A DNA stretch of 64,000 bases from NCBI GenBank assembly GCA_965205085.1, contig OZ242039.1, positions 254,036 to 318,035 of the forward strand. Direction: 5' to 3'. Position numbers and translations under genes: made by a program. Shown here one piece after another: positions 39,233 to 48,827 of the stretch; position 1 is the stretch's first letter; each line of letters begins with the position of its first letter. The notes under the pieces are model-generated. The model saw only the letters and a list, made by a program, of their open reading frames with translations, did no database searches and was not told the DNA's origin. Origin of the DNA: Bryobacterales bacterium (GTDB lineage: Bacteria > Acidobacteriota > Terriglobia > Bryobacterales > UBA6623).

Positions 39233-40962
39233 GTGACATCAACGTGGATCGTCACGATGTCTGCGTTGTGGTATTGCTGGTGGCGCACGGACGAAGTGAA
39301 GTGCCGCAGCAGCCGCAGTGATGTCCTCTGATCGACATCCGGCCGTGTTGGCTGGTCTCCCAGCAGGGCGATGGTGTCCTGAAGATTCTCGTCGCCGAAA
39401 CCGGCAAGAAACTCAAGGACTGCCCGTCCGTCCTGCTTGCGTGCTGTAAGCACGAGTCGCCGGTCCTCGAGTTCCTTTTCCACGTGCAGGATCGTCAGAA
39501 GCGTCTCTTCGGCTGCCGCATCAAGCCGCTCTGCCGCCGAGTCCTTCCAGCCGTGGTGCCTGGAGAAGTCGGTAAGGAACGCCGAGATCTTGGGCAGGGC
39601 CGAGATGTCCGCCGGCATCTCGATCTTGCGGCTGCGGGACTGCGTCGCCTCCGAGAACAGGGTCAGGAACATGGCAACCAGCCCGCCGGCCGTCATGCCG
39701 TTCTGGAGGAGACCGCCCGCGAATTCGGAGAAGAACTCGGGGAAGATCACTTGATTCTGGAATCCGACGCCAATCCAAAAGGCCACCCCCACGATCAGGC
39801 CTTTCCGGTAGTCGATTTGGTCGTTGACCACGATTCTCATGCCGACCGCGAACAGCATCGCCAGCAGCACCGTGACATAGGCCGCCGCGACAGGGCCGGG
39901 GATAGCGAGCACGATCGCGAGGACCTTGGGGAGAAACGCGAATGCGATGAAGACCAATCCGACTGCCACTCCGACTGCCCGGGAGGCGACACCCGTGAGT
40001 TCGGTCACGGAAACACTCGTTGAGTAGGTTGTGTTCGGTACCGTCCCCATCAGGCCGGACAGCAGGTTCCCCACACCGTCCGCGGTTACCGCTCCTTGCA
40101 CCACGCGGTAATCGACCGCCCGTTGCTTGCGCCATGAAACGCCCTGGATCGCGATTGCGTCGCCGATCGTCTCGATGGCACCCACCAGCGTGACGAAAAC
40201 GAACCCTGGAAGCAGGTACCAGAATGCGGGCCCGAAGCTCAGGTCGAGGCCCGGCCACGGCCCTTCAGGGCCGCCGACCCAAGCCGCTTGCCTGACCCGC
40301 TCCACATCGTAGATGCCGAAGTGACCGGCGACGACGGATCCTGCCACGATGCCAATCACTGGGGCCCACAGGCGGAATGTCCCCGTCGCCCGCAAGGCGA
40401 TGGGAATGATGACGGCCAGCGTCGCCAAGGCTGTCAGGCCGGCTGCCGCCGGAGAGGTTCCCTCCGGGACATCCTTGAGCATGTCAAAGACAATGGGCAT
40501 CACCGACACCGGAATCAGCATGATCACGGTCCCGCCGATGCTTGGAGTCAGAATTCTCCGAAAGGTCGAGAGACGCGCTGACAGTGCGAACTGAAACAGG
40601 GCTGAAATGACAACGAGGGTGGCGAGCAGGCTGGGGCCGCCCGCGACCAGCGCGGCAATGCAGACCGAGATGAACGCCCCGGATGTACCCATCAGCAGAA
40701 CGTGGCCTGACCCGATTCGGCCCACTCGTCGGGCCTGGAGCACCGTCGTCGCCCCGCTGATGAGAACAGCGGAGAATACCGCCCACGAGAGAAAGGCTTC
40801 TGAGTCTCCGGCGGCTCGGACCACGATGGCGGGGGTGATCACGATTCCGGCGATGCACAGGACTGCGAACTGCAGGCCGAGTCCCACAGTCATAGCGAGT
40901 GGCGGTTTGTCGTTCGGTTCGTATCGGATGCTAATGCGGGGCTGTTGCGTGTCGTTGGGCAC
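39229..40962 (-). CDS. NCS2 (xanthine/uracil/vitamin C) family permease with a ~135-aa cytosolic C-terminal extension
   Basis: Multi-TM core with GTVPNTTYSTSVSVTELTGVASR (compare UraA PNTTYGENIGV). The soluble tail starts at about KIEMPADISALPKISAFL. Confidence 0.85.
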   Translation of the reverse strand: MPNDTQQPRISIRYEPNDKPPLAMTVGLGLQFAVLCIAGIVITPAIVVRAAGDSEAFLSWAVFSAVLISGATTVLQARRVGRIGSGHVLLMGTSGAFISVCIAALVAGGPSLLATLVVISALFQFALSARLSTFRRILTPSIGGTVIMLIPVSVMPIVFDMLKDVPEGTSPAAAGLTALATLAVIIPIALRATGTFRLWAPVIGIVAGSVVAGHFGIYDVERVRQAAWVGGPEGPWPGLDLSFGPAFWYLLPGFVFVTLVGAIETIGDAIAIQGVSWRKQRAVDYRVVQGAVTADGVGNLLSGLMGTVPNTTYSTSVSVTELTGVASRAVGVAVGLVFIAFAFLPKVLAIVLAIPGPVAAAYVTVLLAMLFAVGMRIVVNDQIDYRKGLIVGVAFWIGVGFQNQVIFPEFFSEFAGGLLQNGMTAGGLVAMFLTLFSEATQSRSRKIEMPADISALPKISAFLTDFSRHHGWKDSAAERLDAAAEETLLTILHVEKELEDRRLVLTARKQDGRAVLEFLAGFGDENLQDTIALLGDQPTRPDVDQRTSLRLLRHFTSSVRHQQYHNADIVTIHVDVT

Positions 40963-41003
40963 AGTGCGACTCTGAAGCTGTCGGGGAAACTTGATGATAC
41001 GGC

Positions 41004-42053
41004 ATGCGGACAGACCGGGGAGTTTGCGGACCGTGCCGGGAGAGATGCTCCGCTGGATCGCGGTACAATCTGCAAGCCTTGGCAGATCACGCCGCGAAGT
41101 CCGTCAGGCCTCGGTTGCCGAACCGCCGGGCGTTGGTCGTCGCTGCCTCCGGACTGCTGGTCGCCGCCAATCCTGCCGTGTCCGAGCCAGACGAAGACCT
41201 TCTCCCAATCAAGATCCTGATCGTCGACGGGGTCAGCAATCATGACTGGCGCAAGACAACCGCCTTCATCAGGGCGACCCTGACGGGAACCGGCATGTTT
41301 GCCGTGGACGAGGTGACGACGCCCAGCGAGCCCGACCACCCCGCCTGGGGAGGGTGGCGTCCGACGTTCTCCGACTACGACGTGGTGGTCCTGAACTGGA
41401 ACAACATCCGGCAACCCGATCTTCGATGGCCACGGCGGGTGGAGCGAGACCTGGAGGCTTTCGTGCACGACGGAGGCGGACTGCTGGCTTTCCACTCGGC
41501 CAACAACGCGTTTCCGCATTGGCCGGAATATGAGCGAATGATCGGTCTGGGATGGCGCGACAAGGACCGGGGTTTCGCCCTACAGCTCGATGCTGGAGGC
41601 GAGATTCGTCGCATTCCGCCCGGGGAGGGCCAACGGACCAGCCACGGCCCGCGTCAGGATACCGTCGTGATCCGGCTCGGCGAACATCCGATCACGCGAG
41701 GCACCCCGCCACGATGGAGTACCCCGGACATCGAGGTGTACACTTTCGCCAGAGGTCCAGCCGAGCAACTGACGGTCCTCACCTACGGCCTTCACAAAGC
41801 GACCGGCACTTACTGGCCGCTCGAATGGGTCGTATCTTACGGCCAGGGAAGGGTCTACAGCTCTTCTTTCGGACACATCTGGGAGAGTGATGTCGGAATT
41901 CCCGACCGGGTTCGCTGCGTGGGCTTCCAGACAAGCCTGGTTCGAGCGGCGGAATGGCTCGCAAGAGGCACGGTAAGCTACCCGGTCCCCGGTGATTTCC
42001 CCGCCGAAGGCTCCATCGTACTCCGGGCCGGCGAATCGGTTGCCGGTCACTGA
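41004..42053 (+). CDS. ThuA-domain protein, exported
   Basis: ILIVDGVSNHDW...DYDVVVLNWNN...FVHDGGGLLAFHSANNAF matches the ThuA layout. An RRALVVAASGLL signal-like region precedes it. Start uncertain. Confidence 0.72.
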   Translation: MRTDRGVCGPCRERCSAGSRYNLQALADHAAKSVRPRLPNRRALVVAASGLLVAANPAVSEPDEDLLPIKILIVDGVSNHDWRKTTAFIRATLTGTGMFAVDEVTTPSEPDHPAWGGWRPTFSDYDVVVLNWNNIRQPDLRWPRRVERDLEAFVHDGGGLLAFHSANNAFPHWPEYERMIGLGWRDKDRGFALQLDAGGEIRRIPPGEGQRTSHGPRQDTVVIRLGEHPITRGTPPRWSTPDIEVYTFARGPAEQLTVLTYGLHKATGTYWPLEWVVSYGQGRVYSSSFGHIWESDVGIPDRVRCVGFQTSLVRAAEWLARGTVSYPVPGDFPAEGSIVLRAGESVAGH

Positions 42054-42482
42054 GGATTCTCCAAGGTCCTGGGCAGCAACGACGCCGGGCGGACGAGAGG
42101 GCGGCGCCCAACGGACCCCCGTCGAATCGCCAGGTGAGAACTGTTGCGCCCTGATGGGGGTACAACAATATCCGTGCCCGGTTTGCAGGGTCCCTGTCTG
42201 TTTCGTGCAGGCTGTCGAGGCGCATTCCGGCGTGTTGTCGTCAGCCTCTTCTGGTGGGGCGTGAGGCCGTCGGAGCCTACACTGCCCAAGGCCAGGCTGG
42301 TGCTCCAGTCGCGTCACGGGCGGATCAAGGCCAACCCGGCGGTCCCGAAGGATCCAGAGTGGCCATCCGTCGCCGCTTGCAGACAAGCCAGCCGAGCTGG
42401 CTGACTGTATTATCCTAGGTCTCTGCTGGCCGTCGCAGTTGGGAACGGCGGATTTTCTCAGGGAGAACGTTTGGGAGGGATC

Positions 42483-43232
42483 GTGCGTACACCTGTCGTA
42501 GCCGGGAACTGGAAGATGCACAAGACGGCGGGTGAGGCCGTCGCTTTCGTAGAGGCGGTCAAGCCCTATCTGGATGGTGGTACGAATTGCGAGGTCGTGG
42601 TTGCGCCGCCCTATCCGGCATTGGGTGCCGCGATTGAGGCGGTCGAGGGAACGTGCATTCGGATCGGTGCCCAGAATCTTCACTGGGAGCCGAAGGGAGC
42701 CTACACCGGAGAGGTCTCGGCCGACATGCTTGCCTCAATCGGCTGCAGCCATGTGATTATCGGCCATAGCGAGCGTCGACAGTATTTTGGAGAAACCGAC
42801 GGCACGGTCCACCTCAAGATCCTCGCTGCCTTGGGGGCGGGGCTCACGCCGATCGTTTGCGTGGGGGAAACGCTACACCAGCGGGAGGCTGGCAACACGG
42901 AAACCGTGCTGGCAGAGCAGTTCACCGCAGGCATGGGGGCGTTGCAACCGGAACAGTTCGGCAAACTGATCCTGGCTTACGAGCCGGTCTGGGCGATCGG
43001 TACGGGCCGGACCGCGACACCGGACATGGCCGAGGATGCCCATGCCGTCCTGCGTGCGCTGGCTGGCGAATCGTTTGGCGACGCCAGGGCGCAGGCCTTG
43101 CGGATCCTGTATGGTGGCAGTGTCAAGCCAAGCAATTTCTCGGGCTTGCTCGAGCGTGACGGGATTGACGGGGGATTGGTCGGTGGAGCAAGCCTCGATC
43201 CGGAATCCTTCGGCGCGCTCATCCGTGCGTAG
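42483..43232 (+). CDS. tpiA: Triosephosphate isomerase
   Basis: [37 protein letters not shown] at 42483 follows GGGAGGG; the ORF opens at 42471. Confidence 0.95.
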   Translation: MRTPVVAGNWKMHKTAGEAVAFVEAVKPYLDGGTNCEVVVAPPYPALGAAIEAVEGTCIRIGAQNLHWEPKGAYTGEVSADMLASIGCSHVIIGHSERRQYFGETDGTVHLKILAALGAGLTPIVCVGETLHQREAGNTETVLAEQFTAGMGALQPEQFGKLILAYEPVWAIGTGRTATPDMAEDAHAVLRALAGESFGDARAQALRILYGGSVKPSNFSGLLERDGIDGGLVGGASLDPESFGALIRA

Positions 43233-43263
43233 TTTCTGATGTTGGGGGCATAATGGAAGAGAG

Positions 43264-43623
43264 ATGGTGATTCTGCTGACGATCATTCACGTCCTCGTGA
43301 GCTTCTTCCTGATTATCGTTGTGCTTCTGCAGAGCGGGAAGGCGGCGGATCTCGCCGGGGCGTTCGGCGGGATGGGTTCCCAGACTGCGTTCGGGCCTCG
43401 AGGGGCCGCGACCGTTCTGTCGAAGGCCACGACCACTGCGGCCGTGCTGTTCATGCTGACCTCGATCACACTGGGTATCTGGCAAGGACGCAATGTTGGC
43501 GGTCAGTCCGTGATAGAGAGCACGGGACTGGTGTCAGATGTCGAGGAGTCGAGCCCCACTACGTCGGAATCCCCGTCCGAGACGACTCCATCCGGGGCTG
43601 GGCAGGGGGAGAGCGAACAGTAA
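43264..43623 (+). CDS. secG: Preprotein translocase subunit SecG
   Basis: LLTIIHVLVSFFLIIVVLLQSGKAADLAGAFGG..SQTAFG is the SecG signature. In the conserved position after tpiA and before tRNA-Leu. Confidence 0.9.
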   Translation: MVILLTIIHVLVSFFLIIVVLLQSGKAADLAGAFGGMGSQTAFGPRGAATVLSKATTTAAVLFMLTSITLGIWQGRNVGGQSVIESTGLVSDVEESSPTTSESPSETTPSGAGQGESEQ

Positions 43624-43679
43624 GGTTCCTGGAATCAGTTGTTGTTCGCAGTTGACGTGGACCGGGTACGGCCTAGTTT

Positions 43680-43766
43680 GCGGAGGTGGCGGAACTGGCA
43701 GACGCGCTAGCTTGAGGTGCTAGTGGGAGCAATCCCTTGGGGGTTCGAGTCCCCCTCTCCGCACCA
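43680..43766 (+). tRNA. tRNA-Leu (anticodon GAG), encoded CCA
   Basis: Acceptor GCGGAGG/TCTCCGC, anticodon stem CTAGC/GCTAG with loop TTGAGGT, long variable arm, T arm GGGGG-TTCGAGT-CCCCC, then A-CCA. Confidence 0.9.
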
Positions 43767-43832
43767 AGGTTGACACCGGTGCGGCGAACAACGACCTGCC
43801 GACCCGCCAGGCAACCTGTGACGGAACACTCG

Positions 43833-44890
43833 TGTTCTGTTACTTGAGACGCACAGGGCGACGCGTTGCGGCGACCAACTGCCGTTGCAGAACCTCTACT
43901 GCTCGGTGGGGCGGAGGCTCGGGGCCAAGCCCGGCCGCTCCAGCGGGGCAGCCGGCCCTTGGAGCAAGATCTCGATCGGCTCCGTCCGTGCTTGCGCGCC
44001 GTCGACAGCACACTGCGCAGCGTGGCGAAGTTCTGGGCCCCTTGCAGCGAGCGGAACCCTCCCGAGATCTTCATCCTGCGCAAGTCTTGCTCACCTTGGT
44101 GGTTGGTGAACGGCACTCGTCCATCAAACAGATAACGCACGACGGAGGCTCGTCTCCGTCCCAGCCGTCAAGCCAGATGATGGCCGGGCCGACGTTTGTT
44201 GCGGCCCCGCCGGCCTGTCGGCAACGGCGGCAACCCCTGGTGATAGGCCAAGGCCTCCTGCACCCACTCGTCGTAGCGGCGCTCCAGCAGCTTCAATAGC
44301 GGCGACGACACCACCCCGTCCCGTCTGCAGCCACGCTCCGCCACTCGCTTGGCCAGCCGCAGCCAACGCTGCATGCGCTCGGCCCAGACTTCCCCATTGA
44401 TCTTCACCAGGGCGTCTCACTCGCGCAGAGGATGGGCGTTCCACGTCGTGTGCAGCACGTCCGGCCCCTGGAAGTACCGAGCCCAGTGATCGTGGAGCAG
44501 GATCTCTCGCGGCCCCGGCAATACCCCTCTCCGCTTCTCGCTGATGCGGCGGTGGGTCAGCAGCTGGGTGCTCATTCAGCCACTCTGCCCGTCCCCTGAC
44601 CCGCCAACCGGTCTCGTCGAGGTGCTTCAACCCGGGCAACTGATCAGGTGCTCCCGGACCCCTTCGACACAAGGTTCCCAGACCTCCGCAGCCTTGCGGC
44701 GCAGGTGGGTCAGGGTGCCGGAGTACAAGCTCATGCCGAACCCGTCCCGCAGGAGTTCCATCAGCCGCTCCTCGGGCAGGAACGGGGCGTTCTGTAACTG
44801 GACCACCGTGGCCGCAATGCGCGGCCCGTACTGCACCGGTGCCGTCAAGTCCTCCGGAAAGGCGGCTCGCGTAGACTGCGCATGCTACGG
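43833..44890 (-). pseudogene. IS66-family (single-ORF, ISBst12-like) transposase remnant, multiple frameshifts, N-terminally truncated
   Basis: Pieces in three frames: VQYGPRIAATVV..LPEERLMELLRDGFGMSLYSGTL, LKHLDETGWRVRGRAEWL, YDEWV..GRRGRNKRRPGHHL, and FDGRVPFTNHQGEQDLRRMKISGGFRSLQGAQNFATLRSVLSTARKHG. Confidence 0.75.
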
Positions 44891-45054
44891 CTTCTCCCCC
44901 CCCAAGTTCAGTGTCGGTCCGCCTGCTGATCGTTGTCCGGCATCCAGAATACCTGGGCAGTTACCTTGTTTCTGTTATTCTCGATATTACACTTGAGTGC
45001 AAGCTGGCACACCGCCATTTGGACCCTTGGCCATTGCAAGAAAGGAGGATCTGG

Positions 45055-45510
45055 ATGAGCAACGCTACCGACGCAGTGGATCTCGGACACCGTCTTCCGA
45101 CCCAAGACGAGATTGCTTGCGCTGCACAAGCGGTAACGGCCCTTGCCGACGTGCGGGGCGGGAACGGCGTCCTCGCCATTCACCGTGAAGACGGCGAGCC
45201 CGTTCGTCTGGTGCCCGCGATCGCCGCCCTAGTGCTCGATCTTCTTGACGGCGTTGCGGCGGGCCATACAGTCACGCTTGTTCCGGCTGGCGCGATGCTA
45301 AGCACGCAACAGGCGTCCGACATCCTCAGCGTCTCACGTCCGCACCTCAGCAGACTGCTCACGTCGGGCAAGATCCCGTTCGTTTCGGTCGGGGCCCACC
45401 GGCGCGTCATGCATGCCGATCTGATGGCTTACATTGACCGTCACGCCGCCGCGCGCCATGCGGCGCTCGACGATCTCGCCCGGCTCGGTCAGGAGTTCGA
45501 TGCGTCTTGA
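45055..45510 (+). CDS. Excisionase/MerR-type HTH protein, putative antitoxin of the downstream PIN protein
   Basis: ATG at 45055 is preceded by AAAGGAGG. LSTQQASDILSVSRPHLSRLLTSGKIPFVSVGAHRRV is an excisionase-family HTH. Its stop overlaps the start of the next gene. Confidence 0.7.
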   Translation: MSNATDAVDLGHRLPTQDEIACAAQAVTALADVRGGNGVLAIHREDGEPVRLVPAIAALVLDLLDGVAAGHTVTLVPAGAMLSTQQASDILSVSRPHLSRLLTSGKIPFVSVGAHRRVMHADLMAYIDRHAAARHAALDDLARLGQEFDAS

Positions 45511-46109
45511 TACAGCTTGGCGACCGTCGTGTCGCCCTGTTGGATGCGAACGTCCTGTTTCCGTTCCGCAAGCGAGACATTCTCTTGCGCTTCCACCATG
45601 CCGGATTATTCCGGGCACGATGGACGGAGCAGATTCTTGACGAGTGGACACTGAACCTCCTCGAACAAAAGCCGCATCTGGAATCGAGCGTCCGCTCCCA
45701 GCGCGATGCCATGCGCGAGTATTTCCCGGAGGCGCTGGTCACCGGATACGAGCCATTGATCGCGACGCTCAAACTTCCGGATGCCGACGACCGCCATGTT
45801 CTGGCGGCCGCGGTTCGCTGTGGCGCACAGTACATCATCACAGACAACTTGGCCGACTTTCCAGCTGAAGTCCTCGATCGGTTCGACATCGTGGCGATCG
45901 ACGCCGACGGGTTTCTGTCTCGGACGGTTGAACTCTATCCCTCCGAAGCGTTTGGTGTGCTGCGCGCCCTTCGGGAGGCCTACAGCAATCCGCCCTTCAC
46001 TCCGTCGGGGTTCGCTCGCGACCTGACGGCCAAGGGGCTAGCCCGGCTGGCTGCGCAGATACGCGAGCGTCAGGACGAGCTTGAGGGGAAAGCGCCCTGT
46101 CCCGGTTAA
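45507..46109 (+). CDS. PIN-domain protein (VapC-like toxin candidate)
   Basis: TTG start overlaps the upstream TGA. Acidic PIN positions are LLDANVL, DADDRHVLAAAV and IITDNLADF. Confidence 0.78.
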   Translation: MIQLGDRRVALLDANVLFPFRKRDILLRFHHAGLFRARWTEQILDEWTLNLLEQKPHLESSVRSQRDAMREYFPEALVTGYEPLIATLKLPDADDRHVLAAAVRCGAQYIITDNLADFPAEVLDRFDIVAIDADGFLSRTVELYPSEAFGVLRALREAYSNPPFTPSGFARDLTAKGLARLAAQIRERQDELEGKAPCPG

Positions 46110-46115
46110 TTATGT

Positions 46116-46175
46116 TGCCGGTTGCACAAGGAAGCGCAACAGCGGGCGGAGGGACCTAAGGTGCTGATTAGCCTC
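46116..46175 (+). mobile_element. IS30-family left-end remnant
   Basis: TGCCGGTTGCACAAGGAAGCGCAACAGCGGGCGGAGGGACCTAAGGTGCTGATTAGCC is nearly identical to the left end at 62684. Homology then stops. Confidence 0.8.
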
Positions 46176-46373
46176 TTGCCGTGCCGGTCTGCCCATGCGT
46201 GTGAAGGGCAGTCGGGACGATTCTGCTCGCTAGGGAGCCCCCCACTGGAACGTCCCTTGGAGGAACTGGGACGAACCGTGACTCGTACTGTCTGCGTGCG
46301 CTCCACGAAACCCATGCGGCACTCTCGCTACCGGCGGTCTGCCCTGCCGGTTTGGGCACTATTTCATATGATC

Positions 46374-47079
46374 GCCCTTGGTGTGCCTCGCCAGAAATGC
46401 CTTCACCGTAGGATTTCAGTGACTTCAGGATATCGTCAGCGCTCTGGGTCCAGAGAAAGGGTTGGGGGTCTTCGTTGTCGACCGGCAAGGACTCCCTGAT
46501 GGCCGCTTCCAGCACCTGAGGGCTGCGAAACGTTCCGCGCCGAGTCCGCCGCCGCGTGATCTCGGCCAACCAACGTTCCACCGGATTCCACCACGAGGCA
46601 CGGGCCGCCGCATCTCGTTGGGGATCCGGGCTGTCTTTTGGGTCCCTTGGTGGTCGAGGATCCGATGCCCATCGTGGATCCCTGGCACCGACTTGTCCAT
46701 CCGCGCCAGGAAGTTCTTGAACTTCACGGCCCGGGGTGCCGGTAGCCCTTGCCGGTCTCCTCACCGGTTGCGATAGGCAGGGCCGCGAACAGGGAGGTCG
46801 TCCCCTTGCGCTGGTCGTTGTGTGTCTGGTGCTCGGGTATGCAAGCTGCCTGCGGCTTGCTGATCGCAGTGGCCTTGGGCCGACTGGAAGATGATCCGCC
46901 CCCGCAAGGCCAGCGCCTGCCAGGTCTTGTGCCGCCGCAGCCAGCGTTCCAGTTCCTGGCGCTGCGGGCCCGAAACTAGGGGAAATCCTCGCGTATGTTG
47001 ATTTGCTATCCCTGTCTCCCGAGTCTGCAGTGACGCTACCAGAACCCCGATCTGCCGTCAAAACACTTCTGACGCTGCA
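46374..47079 (-). mobile_element. IS630-family element, heavily deleted and frameshifted copy
   Basis: Minus-strand fragments NPVERWLAEITRRRTRRGTFRSPQVLEAAI...DPQPFLWTQSADDILKSL. The 5' end near 47079 matches the 5' end of the copy at 62750 (..GATCGGGGTTCTGG..). Confidence 0.75.
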
Positions 47080-47209
47080 CGCTAGGATCAACAAAGGGGT
47101 AGTTCCCTATCCATATCGTCAGGACTTGCCCGGGTACCGGAACCTATTGTACGGGTACTGGCACTGTTCGTTCTCGCTGTCCGCAGGGACGGGGCCCGGT
47201 TTGGGGGCG

Positions 47210-48481
47210 TCAGATGAACGCCACGGAGCCATCGGCCCGGAATCCCGTCGTCCTCTTCCAGTGCCTGGGCGGGTAGTGCTGGAACGCCTCTTCGTTCAGT
47301 TCGACGCCCCAGCCCGGCTTGTTCGGAATGTCTGCATAGCCGTCATGCACCATCGGCGGCTCGTCGAGAACGTCACGCCGGGCGTCGTCCACAGGGGCCC
47401 GGTACTCGAGAATCAAGAAGTTGGGTGTGGACGCAGCGAAGTGGATGTTGACCATCGTCGCCAGTGGGCTCATCGGGTTGTGCGGGGCCACCATCATGTA
47501 CTGCGCCTCCGCCATGGCCGCGATCTTCTTCATTTCCATGATCCCGCCACACACGCAAACGTCTGGCTGAACGACATCAAGTGCCTGGATGTTGATCAAG
47601 TCACGGAACTCGTACTTCGTGTAGTTGCATTCGCCGGAGGCCAGCGGGATGTTCACATGATCGGCCAGTTTCTTCATCGCCTCGGGATTCTCCGGCCGAA
47701 TCGGCTCCTCCAGCCAGAACGGGTAGTAGGGCTCGATCTCCCTGGCAACCCGGATTGCGCGCTGGACCTCGAAGTAGCGGGCATGGATGTCCACGGCGAT
47801 GTCGTGGTCGGCTCCGACGGCTTCGCGAACGGCGCGGACGCGGTCCCCCGCGATTCGTGTCACCTCGTTGTAGGGCATCTGGTTGTCGCCCGGATTGTGT
47901 GGGGACATCTTGCAGGCGTTGTAGCCGAAGCGCTCGCGAAGCTCGACCGCGTTGTCCGCCGCTTCCTCCGGGCTTGAGCCGCCAATGGACTGATAGAGGC
48001 GGACTTTGTTGCGTACGCGGCCACCCAGCAGCGCCCACACCGGCAGCCCGACCGCCTTGCCCGCGATGTCCCAAAGCGCATGCTCAATGCCACTGATTGC
48101 GGAGTTGACCACGGATCCGCCCGGGAACCGGGTCGTGTTGTACATGTAGTCCCAGAGGTGCTGGATGTTGCGCGGATCCTGGCCCACGAGCCATCTCGCG
48201 TAGTCCTCGATGACCTTCACTGTCGCCTCATCGGGACCGCAGGAATAGGCTTCTCCGATTCCGTGAATCCCCTGGTCCGTGAGAACTTTCACGTACACCC
48301 AGTTGCGGCCACCGATGTTCCCGCTCCCGCCTTGCTCTCCTCGCGTGCTACCCACGAGAAAGGTCTCGATCCCGGTGATCTTCATCAAGGGGTGGTCCCC
48401 GATCTGTGCAGGGGCCTGGAAGGGCATGGCCGCTGCAGATGCTGCCAGCCCGCCTTGGCGTAGGAATGAGCGACGTCTCAT
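47210..48481 (-). CDS. Enolase-superfamily (mandelate racemase / sugar-acid dehydratase-like) enzyme with a twin-arginine signal
   Basis: MRRRSFLRQGGLAASAAAMPFQAPAQ, then MKITGIETFLV..NWVYVKVLTDQGIHGIGEA and AVDIHARY..LEEP..ASGE, a metal-ligand pattern of the MR/MLE family. Confidence 0.85.
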   Translation of the reverse strand: MRRRSFLRQGGLAASAAAMPFQAPAQIGDHPLMKITGIETFLVGSTRGEQGGSGNIGGRNWVYVKVLTDQGIHGIGEAYSCGPDEATVKVIEDYARWLVGQDPRNIQHLWDYMYNTTRFPGGSVVNSAISGIEHALWDIAGKAVGLPVWALLGGRVRNKVRLYQSIGGSSPEEAADNAVELRERFGYNACKMSPHNPGDNQMPYNEVTRIAGDRVRAVREAVGADHDIAVDIHARYFEVQRAIRVAREIEPYYPFWLEEPIRPENPEAMKKLADHVNIPLASGECNYTKYEFRDLINIQALDVVQPDVCVCGGIMEMKKIAAMAEAQYMMVAPHNPMSPLATMVNIHFAASTPNFLILEYRAPVDDARRDVLDEPPMVHDGYADIPNKPGWGVELNEEAFQHYPPRHWKRTTGFRADGSVAFI

Positions 48482-48827
48482 GATCTAGGAGTGTGCCGAA
48501 AGCCCGGCACCGTGTCAACACTCGTCGCCAGACCCGGCGAAATCGATCGAAATCTCTACCTTCCGTCCGGAGCATTGCCCGGAGGTTGGTGGGTTAGCGT
48601 TGGGAGCCGGACGCTGCGAGGGAGCTCTCGAGTGCAACTTGCAGGAGACGGTCCGTATCCGATTGAGGGGATGGGCTTAACCCCACCTTGAAATTCAGAA
48701 TTGAGGTAGCCTGTACCATACAAAGACGATGCCCCCATTGGGGTGACTATCACTATCCGGCCGTTGGCGATGCGGGATCTGTGCCGTTCAGCCGGAAGAA
48801 CCAAGGAACGAAACAGGAGAAGGCGCT

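Noticed and set aside
46176-46340. Unassigned 165 bp between the IS30 left end and the 65-bp repeat
   Set aside because: No ORF and no similarity to other parts of the window beyond a short hairpin (CTGCCC-N11-GGGCAG). Cannot be interpreted from sequence alone.
47003-47977. 324-aa + strand ORF
   Set aside because: Antisense to the enolase-superfamily gene, which has a Tat signal and family motifs. No motifs of its own.
48482-48827. Possible cobalamin or TPP riboswitch in the 346-nt leader of the TonB-dependent receptor
   Set aside because: I looked for a B12 box, GCCACTG-type elements and the CTGAGA/ACCTGATCTGG TPP core and found none. A covariance-model scan would be needed to exclude other classes.
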